The notes beneath the pieces were generated by a model. That model saw only the letters and a program-made list of their open reading frames with translations, was not told the origin of the DNA and did not search any database. The position numbers were made by a program, and so were the translations under genes. Below are positions 63,301 to 64,000 of a stretch of DNA of 64,000 bases, piece by piece (positions within the stretch are counted from its first letter, which is position 1; each line of letters starts with the position of its first letter). Location: contig OZ286471.1 in NCBI GenBank assembly GCA_965644265.1, positions 46,872,001 through 46,936,000 of the forward strand, given 5' to 3'. The stretch is from Glycera tridactyla (taxonomy: Eukaryota).

Positions 63301-63831
63301 GCACTCCCTTTGATCTACAATATTTTGGAATTGGATACACTGTATCATCCAACATTATGTACTTCAATCTTGAGAAGCCATTTAGTATCTCCGCAATACT
63401 TCATGCTTCAAACAGACCGCTTTTTTGGATTAGTTGAAGAATATTGTCCAAAACATATGTAGTTCTCCCCTTTAGGAATTTCAGGCAATCAATTGCTCCT
63501 AACTCGCTCGATTTATCAGTTTCACTTTCTACAGAAAATACAACTCGCTCGATTTATCGGTTTCACTTTCTACAGAAAATACAACCATCACAGATTGCAT
63601 GGACTCCATTGCCATCTCCATGATATATTTCATGGGTTAAATCACTGCATTTTTCAGATGGTTGCTATATACCTACAGTGGGTGGAACTGCCAATGGTGC
63701 TAGCTGTGTCTTTCCATTTTTCTACGGAGGTGACAAATACTGGCAATGTACTGTCGTGAAGAACAACAACCGGGCATGGTGTTCTACAACTACCTTCTAT
63801 GATGTTGACAAAAGATGGGGCAATTGTTTAG
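448..63831 (+). CDS. Partial spliced gene (5' and 3' ends outside window): giant extracellular-type protein of >=46 tandem FN2 domains separated by S/T/P-rich linkers
   Basis: About 90 exons with AG/GT boundaries, all phase 1-1 and length divisible by 3, no stops seen; FN2 signature C-x-FPF-x-Y-x5-C...WC...WG-x-C in every domain exon. Confidence 0.9.
1190..1426 (+). CDS. Exon: linker fused to FN2 #2
   Basis: gtag|ATCCC...TCTAG|gtatg, 237 nt; DPVCEVPASEE...DGCIVPTTGGSGTERKCLFPFVYDG...WCAVSEGGEEFLWGNCL. Confidence 0.85.
2040..2156 (+). CDS. Linker exon
   Basis: ccag|ATTAT...CGAAG|gtagt, 117 nt; DYVCGSNKMM...QARESE with Cys at position 4. Confidence 0.75.
2405..2628. mobile_element. ~225-bp MITE-like element (possibly hAT-related termini), copy 1
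   Basis: TIRs CAGGGTTGCATTCAG / CTGGACGCAACCCTG (13/15 match); internally homologous to reverse complement of 18396-18621; no clear TSD. Confidence 0.6.
3018..3188 (+). CDS. FN2 exon #3
   Basis: tcag|GATGT...TCAAG|gtgaa, 171 nt; GCFTPTSGGTGNGENCRFPFWYSAG...WCSLTTFYDSSQEWGYCQ. Confidence 0.9.
3400..3875. repeat. Pyrimidine-rich degenerate (TCTG)n tract ending in pure (TC)n at 3779-3856
   Basis: Direct reading. Confidence 0.9.
3971..4132 (+). CDS. Linker exon (3' boundary less certain)
   Basis: ccag|AGGAG...AAGAG|gtagg, 162 nt; EEQCGDAV...STSSTTTK...; 4132 is the first phase-1 GT I found. Confidence 0.7.
4659..4742. repeat. (TA)n microsatellite
   Basis: Direct reading, two interruptions. 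Confidence 0.95.
4792..4959 (+). CDS. FN2 exon #4
   Basis: atag|TATGT...CTTAG|gtaaa, 168 nt; VCFTPTYDGNAGGSPCEFPFWYAG...WGYCL. Confidence 0.9.
   Translation, partial: YVSRQPMMGMPEVVLVNSPSGTLDHCTLTASTSIDQRRGVPSPPSLNRNSYGDIA
5400..5474 (+). CDS. Thr/Ser-rich linker exon
   Basis: gcag|ATGAA...TCCAG|gtaga, 75 nt; DEFCAGVTTTTSTSTSTTSSPTGIP. Confidence 0.85.
6210..6383 (+). CDS. FN2 exon #5 (absent from ORF track)
   Basis: tcag|TTGGA...CTTAG|gtact, 174 nt; VGCYIPTSGGSAGGARCIFPFQYKG...WCATTSNYDEDKLWGNCL. Confidence 0.9.
7133..7234 (+). CDS. Linker exon
   Basis: gtag|AACCG...CCCAG|gtaga, 102 nt; EPVCDGVTESALPLPVTRSPETP...VTLP. Confidence 0.85.
7763..7936 (+). CDS. FN2 exon #6
   Basis: tcag|CGGGT...CCGAG|gtaga, 174 nt; AGCFIPTIGGNANGARCVFPFFYDG...WCATTSDYDADKRWGNCR. 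Confidence 0.9.
8494..8600. repeat. Compound (GT)n/G-run/(GA)n microsatellite
   Basis: Direct reading. Confidence 0.85.
8740..8844 (+). CDS. Thr/Ser-rich linker exon
   Basis: acag|ACCTC...TGAAG|gtaca, 105 nt; DLTCVTSTSPATSTLKTTTSTSTSSPATTTTTTPE. Confidence 0.85.
9936..10109 (+). CDS. FN2 exon #7 (absent from ORF track)
   Basis: tcag|GTGAT...CTTAG|gtaaa, 174 nt; GDCYTPTSGGTAGGARCSFPFLYNG...WCATTLLYNVDRLWGNCL. Confidence 0.9.
10642..10791 (+). CDS. Thr/Ser-rich linker exon
   Basis: gcag|ATCGA...ACCAG|gtacc, 150 nt; DRVCGIASPSTMSSMTSRTTT...TLIP. Confidence 0.85.
11561..11728 (+). CDS. FN2 exon #8
   Basis: ttag|TTGGT...CTTAG|gtgaa, 168 nt; VGCYTPTEGGTADGAPCVFPFVYRG...WGNCL. Confidence 0.9.
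   Translation: MVAIHRRKEGRQMEHHVYSPSSTEVKPICNVPTSEMITSSGVPPRPSTTTSGGIA
11925..11963. mobile_element. Terminal fragment of the TA-flanked MITE family seen at 16011-16376
   Basis: TACAGTGCCTGCTCTAAAGACCACCTCTGTAAAGACCAC matches the GAACCTGCTCTAAAGACCACCTCT end of that family. Confidence 0.55.
12436..12648 (+). CDS. Exon: linker fused to FN2 #9 (ORF track shows the wrong frame)
   Basis: gcag|ATGTC...TCTCG|gtacg, 213 nt; DVFCPPETTTGAPTFLPLGCYIPTRNARGICVFPFIYRG...WCSLTSNYDVDKRWGECL. Confidence 0.9.
12885..12930. repeat. 9-bp tandem repeat (GATATATGT/C) x~5
   Basis: Direct reading. Confidence 0.75.
12958..13050 (+). CDS. Thr/Ser-rich linker exon
   Basis: tcag|AGGAG...GCCAG|gtaca, 93 nt; EEQCESSSTTTVLPVKPSTTAAVSATSTSLP. 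Confidence 0.85.
13159..13887. mobile_element. Fold-back / long inverted-repeat element in intron
   Basis: Arms ~13195-13393 and ~13414-13632 are reverse complements; outer arms 13159-13192 and 13849-13887 also pair; element class is inferred. Confidence 0.7.
15239..15412 (+). CDS. FN2 exon #10
   Basis: atag|GTGGA...TGAAG|gtgag, 174 nt; GGCFTPTTGGNARGDPCVFPFYYLG...WCATTTLYDIDKRWGNCE. Confidence 0.9.
16011..16185. mobile_element. ~170-bp MITE copy A (pogo/Tc1-mariner-like CAGT...ACTG termini, left end eroded)
   Basis: GAACCTGCTCTAAAGACC...GGTCTTTATAGACAGGTTCTACTG-TA; internal TAAAGACCAC subrepeats. Confidence 0.7.
16217..16376. mobile_element. ~160-bp MITE copy B, inverted relative to copy A, TA-flanked
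   Basis: TA-CAGTCGAACCTG...CAGGTTCGGCTG-TA; reverse complement aligns along copy A. Confidence 0.75.
16524..16628 (+). CDS. Thr-rich linker exon (absent from ORF track)
   Basis: gcag|ATGAA...ACTTG|gtatg, 105 nt; DEVCFSTARFTATAVPLQTTVTTQHTSTRQTLVPL. Confidence 0.85.
17498..17668 (+). CDS. FN2 exon #11
   Basis: acag|ATTGC...TCTAG|gtata, 171 nt; DCYIPTTGGNSNGDPCAFPFFYRG...WGDCL. Confidence 0.9.
   Translation: MATSPLLGGIPMAILAPSLSSIGVCAILSVSPSTTTIVCGVRQQYFMTWISDGETV
17740..17960. repeat. Degenerate (GAT/AAT)n trinucleotide tract
   Basis: Direct reading. Confidence 0.65.
18128..18259 (+). CDS. Thr/Ser/Pro-rich linker exon
   Basis: tcag|ATGCG...GGCAG|gtgat, 132 nt; DARCQESSTAGSPTTPAPSST...ASTLA. 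Confidence 0.85.
18262..18395. repeat. (CGT/CAT)n trinucleotide tract
   Basis: Pure (CGT)n near 18326-18356 in degenerate flanks. Confidence 0.85.
18396..18621. mobile_element. MITE-like element copy 2, opposite orientation to 2405-2628
   Basis: Ends CGGGGTTGCATCGG / CTGGATGCAAGCCTG; reverse complement aligns by eye with 2405-2628. Confidence 0.6.
19013..19186 (+). CDS. FN2 exon #12
   Basis: gcag|CCGGC...CTTGG|gtatt, 174 nt; AGCYIPTTGGTAAGARCVFPFFYQS...WCSTTVYYSVDKQWGNCL. Confidence 0.9.
19730..19864 (+). CDS. Linker exon with internal 21-nt repeat x3
   Basis: acag|AGGTC...TCCAG|gtact, 135 nt; EVVCEETT...TTEVTSPTTEVTSPTMGVTSP...TLP. Confidence 0.85.
20454..20627 (+). CDS. FN2 exon #13 (first array-type)
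   Basis: AG|ATGGC...TTTAG|GT, 174 nt. Confidence 0.9.
20728..20830 (+). pseudogene. Degenerate 3'-half FN2 exon fragment
   Basis: AAGAAATGACAACACAGCATGGTGTTCC...TGGGGCAATTGTTTAACTAGGC; no acceptor, donor GGTAG changed to ACTAG. Confidence 0.75.
21408..21518 (+). CDS. Linker exon (array type)
   Basis: AG|ATCTC...ACCAG|GT, 111 nt; DLKCEQSTT...QVTLP. Confidence 0.9.
22185..22358 (+). CDS. FN2 exon #14
   Basis: 174 nt, AG/GT, phase 1-1. Confidence 0.9.
22699..22809 (+). CDS. Linker exon
   Basis: 111 nt, AG/GT. Confidence 0.9.
23478..23651 (+). CDS. FN2 exon #15
   Basis: 174 nt, AG/GT; PTEGG variant. Confidence 0.9.
24004..24114 (+). CDS. Linker exon
   Basis: 111 nt, AG/GT. Confidence 0.9.
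24781..24954 (+). CDS. FN2 exon #16
   Basis: 174 nt, AG/GT. Confidence 0.9.
25307..25417 (+). CDS. Linker exon
   Basis: 111 nt, AG/GT. Confidence 0.9.
26088..26261 (+). CDS. FN2 exon #17
   Basis: 174 nt, AG/GT. Confidence 0.9.
   Translation: MVVIYLPWVELPMVIAVSFHFSTEVIHTGNVLSLRTTTGHGVQQLPSMMLTNNGAIV
26614..26724 (+). CDS. Linker exon
   Basis: 111 nt, AG/GT. Confidence 0.9.
27393..27566 (+). CDS. FN2 exon #18
   Basis: 174 nt, AG/GT; TVSG variant. Confidence 0.9.
27919..28065 (+). CDS. Chimeric exon: 5' half of linker fused in frame to 3' half of FN2
   Basis: ctag|ATCTC...GAAACAGACAAATACTGG...TTTAG|gtagg, 147 nt; DLKCSESTLVVSTLET-DKYWQCAVVKNNNRAWCSTTTFYDVDKKWGNCL; inclusion in mRNA not shown. 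Confidence 0.7.
28433..28543 (+). CDS. Linker exon
   Basis: 111 nt, AG/GT. Confidence 0.9.
29198..29371 (+). CDS. FN2 exon #19
   Basis: 174 nt, AG/GT. Confidence 0.9.
29582..29620 (+). pseudogene. Orphan 3' FN2 exon fragment followed by a second copy of the downstream intron
   Basis: CCTTCTATGATGTTGACAAAAAATGGGGTAATTGTTCAG|gtgggc with no upstream acceptor. Confidence 0.75.
29978..30088 (+). CDS. Linker exon
   Basis: 111 nt, AG/GT. Confidence 0.9.
30685..30858 (+). CDS. FN2 exon #20
   Basis: 174 nt, AG/GT. Confidence 0.9.
31226..31336 (+). CDS. Linker exon
   Basis: 111 nt; DLKCGESTLVASTLVTEASSSASPRPTILPTQQVTLP. Confidence 0.9.
31933..32106 (+). CDS. FN2 exon #21
   Basis: 174 nt; DGCYIPTVGGTANGASCVFPFFYGGDKYWQCTVVKNNNRAWCSTTTFYDVDKQWGNCL. 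Confidence 0.9.
32455..32565 (+). CDS. Linker exon
   Basis: 111 nt, AG/GT. Confidence 0.9.
33181..33354 (+). CDS. FN2 exon #22
   Basis: 174 nt, AG/GT. Confidence 0.9.
33703..33813 (+). CDS. Linker exon
   Basis: 111 nt, AG/GT. Confidence 0.9.
34430..34603 (+). CDS. FN2 exon #23
   Basis: 174 nt, AG/GT. Confidence 0.9.
34971..35081 (+). CDS. Linker exon (RPSILP variant)
   Basis: 111 nt, AG/GT. Confidence 0.9.
35676..35849 (+). CDS. FN2 exon #24
   Basis: 174 nt, AG/GT. Confidence 0.9.
36198..36308 (+). CDS. Linker exon
   Basis: 111 nt, AG/GT. Confidence 0.9.
36924..37097 (+). CDS. FN2 exon #25
   Basis: 174 nt, AG/GT. Confidence 0.9.
37446..37556 (+). CDS. Linker exon
   Basis: 111 nt, AG/GT. 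Confidence 0.9.
38173..38346 (+). CDS. FN2 exon #26
   Basis: 174 nt, AG/GT. Confidence 0.9.
38714..38824 (+). CDS. Linker exon (RPSILP variant)
   Basis: 111 nt, AG/GT. Confidence 0.9.
39440..39613 (+). CDS. FN2 exon #27
   Basis: 174 nt, AG/GT. Confidence 0.9.
39962..40072 (+). CDS. Linker exon
   Basis: 111 nt, AG/GT. Confidence 0.9.
40689..40862 (+). CDS. FN2 exon #28
   Basis: 174 nt, AG/GT; NQAW variant. Confidence 0.9.
41230..41340 (+). CDS. Linker exon (RPSILP variant)
   Basis: 111 nt, AG/GT. Confidence 0.9.
41957..42130 (+). CDS. FN2 exon #29
   Basis: 174 nt, AG/GT. Confidence 0.9.
42498..42608 (+). CDS. Linker exon
   Basis: 111 nt, AG/GT. Confidence 0.9.
43225..43398 (+). CDS. FN2 exon #30
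   Basis: 174 nt, AG/GT. Confidence 0.9.
43766..43876 (+). CDS. Linker exon
   Basis: 111 nt, AG/GT. Confidence 0.9.
44493..44666 (+). CDS. FN2 exon #31
   Basis: 174 nt, AG/GT. Confidence 0.9.
45034..45144 (+). CDS. Linker exon (RPSILP variant)
   Basis: 111 nt, AG/GT. Confidence 0.9.
45760..45933 (+). CDS. FN2 exon #32
   Basis: 174 nt, AG/GT. Confidence 0.9.
46301..46411 (+). CDS. Linker exon
   Basis: 111 nt, AG/GT. Confidence 0.9.
47028..47201 (+). CDS. FN2 exon #33
   Basis: 174 nt, AG/GT. Confidence 0.9.
47550..47660 (+). CDS. Linker exon
   Basis: 111 nt, AG/GT. Confidence 0.9.
48273..48446 (+). CDS. FN2 exon #34
   Basis: 174 nt, AG/GT; start of the continuous DKKW block. Confidence 0.9.
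48795..48905 (+). CDS. Linker exon
   Basis: 111 nt, AG/GT. Confidence 0.9.
49521..49694 (+). CDS. FN2 exon #35
   Basis: 174 nt, AG/GT. Confidence 0.9.
50061..50171 (+). CDS. Linker exon
   Basis: 111 nt, AG/GT. Confidence 0.9.
50828..51001 (+). CDS. FN2 exon #36
   Basis: 174 nt, AG/GT. Confidence 0.9.
51370..51480 (+). CDS. Linker exon
   Basis: 111 nt, AG/GT. Confidence 0.9.
52096..52269 (+). CDS. FN2 exon #37
   Basis: 174 nt, AG/GT. Confidence 0.9.
52637..52747 (+). CDS. Linker exon
   Basis: 111 nt, AG/GT. Confidence 0.9.
53362..53535 (+). CDS. FN2 exon #38
   Basis: 174 nt, AG/GT. Confidence 0.9.
53903..54013 (+). CDS. Linker exon
   Basis: 111 nt, AG/GT. Confidence 0.9.
54629..54802 (+). 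CDS. FN2 exon #39
   Basis: 174 nt, AG/GT. Confidence 0.9.
55170..55280 (+). CDS. Linker exon
   Basis: 111 nt, AG/GT. Confidence 0.9.
55895..56068 (+). CDS. FN2 exon #40
   Basis: 174 nt, AG/GT. Confidence 0.9.
56435..56545 (+). CDS. Linker exon
   Basis: 111 nt, AG/GT. Confidence 0.9.
57202..57375 (+). CDS. FN2 exon #41
   Basis: 174 nt, AG/GT. Confidence 0.9.
57744..57854 (+). CDS. Linker exon
   Basis: 111 nt, AG/GT. Confidence 0.9.
58510..58683 (+). CDS. FN2 exon #42
   Basis: 174 nt, AG/GT; DACY variant. Confidence 0.9.
59051..59161 (+). CDS. Linker exon
   Basis: 111 nt, AG/GT. Confidence 0.9.
59776..59949 (+). CDS. FN2 exon #43
   Basis: 174 nt, AG/GT; DACY variant. Confidence 0.9.
60317..60427 (+). 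CDS. Linker exon
   Basis: 111 nt, AG/GT. Confidence 0.9.
61084..61257 (+). CDS. FN2 exon #44
   Basis: 174 nt, AG/GT. Confidence 0.9.
61625..61735 (+). CDS. Linker exon
   Basis: 111 nt, AG/GT. Confidence 0.9.
62351..62524 (+). CDS. FN2 exon #45
   Basis: 174 nt, AG/GT. Confidence 0.9.
62892..63002 (+). CDS. Linker exon
   Basis: 111 nt, AG/GT. Confidence 0.9.
63658..63831 (+). CDS. FN2 exon #46
   Basis: 174 nt, AG/GT; DKRW variant. Confidence 0.9.
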
Positions 63832-64000
63832 GTAGGCAAGTTGGTAAAAGACTGCTAGGCTCGTTGTGAACTCAACTTGTTACTGTGAATTTTAATTTCA
63901 TGCTGAGTGTGCCATGAATGTATTGAGTTTGTGATGCACATATATCTGGACCTGAAGTTTGTGAGTTGATTCCGAACGTTCAGAGAGTATCTTTGAAGCA

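Larger units (their letters stand above)
20437..64000 (+). repeat. Homogenised tandem array of ~1.25-1.31 kb units (FN2 exon-intron-linker exon-intron), 34 complete FN2 copies, continuing past window end
   Basis: Exon start spacings 1246-1308 nt over most of the array; intron sequences visibly near-identical between copies. Confidence 0.97.

Noticed and set aside
31559-63462. Recurrent intronic ORFs (MVSNNDQC..., MSICNWSH..., minus-strand MVTIISVT..., MQSKYCLE...) as a second gene family
   Set aside because: They recur only because introns are co-amplified, their lengths and ends shift with 1-bp indels between copies, and they show no recognisable motif.
448-63831. Calling the gene MMP2/MMP9, fibronectin, a BSP/ELSPBP1 gene or LPA
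   Set aside because: No HExxHxxGxxH catalytic, FN1/FN3, kringle or protease exon was seen in the window and the domain count does not fit, so no symbol is assigned.
22205-63869. Repeated 63-aa ORFs 'MGGTANG...CLGRQVGNRLLVLL' as separate small genes
   Set aside because: They start at an internal GTG (Val) codon 20 nt into each FN2 exon and run through the GT donor into intron; they are exon fragments of one gene.
20437-64000. CRISPR-like or satellite interpretation of the regular array
   Set aside because: Units are ~1.25 kb with spliceosomal exons, there are no short repeats with unique spacers and no cas genes, and the DNA is eukaryotic.

Overview
Eukaryotic (animal-type) genomic DNA; the taxon cannot be assigned from sequence alone. 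The whole window is the interior of one intron-rich + strand gene with no start or stop codon in view. Reading GT-AG boundaries by eye gives 46 complete fibronectin type II (FN2) domain exons alternating with Ser/Thr/Pro-rich (mucin-like) linker exons, plus one in-frame chimeric linker/half-FN2 exon. All exons are phase 1-1 and multiples of 3; my sum is about 13.1 kb of coding sequence (about 4,360 codons). The first ~20.4 kb hold 12 divergent FN2 units with unique introns containing microsatellites, MITE-like elements and a fold-back. From ~20.4 kb to the end, a ~1.25-1.3 kb unit (174-nt FN2 exon + intron + 111-nt linker exon + intron) is tandemly amplified with its introns homogenised, with higher-order repeats and mosaic copies. 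The architecture resembles the LPA kringle-IV-2 array but uses FN2 modules. Each FN2 carries one extra N-terminal Cys and each linker one invariant Cys. Most ORFs in the supplied track are unspliced read-throughs or intronic noise.
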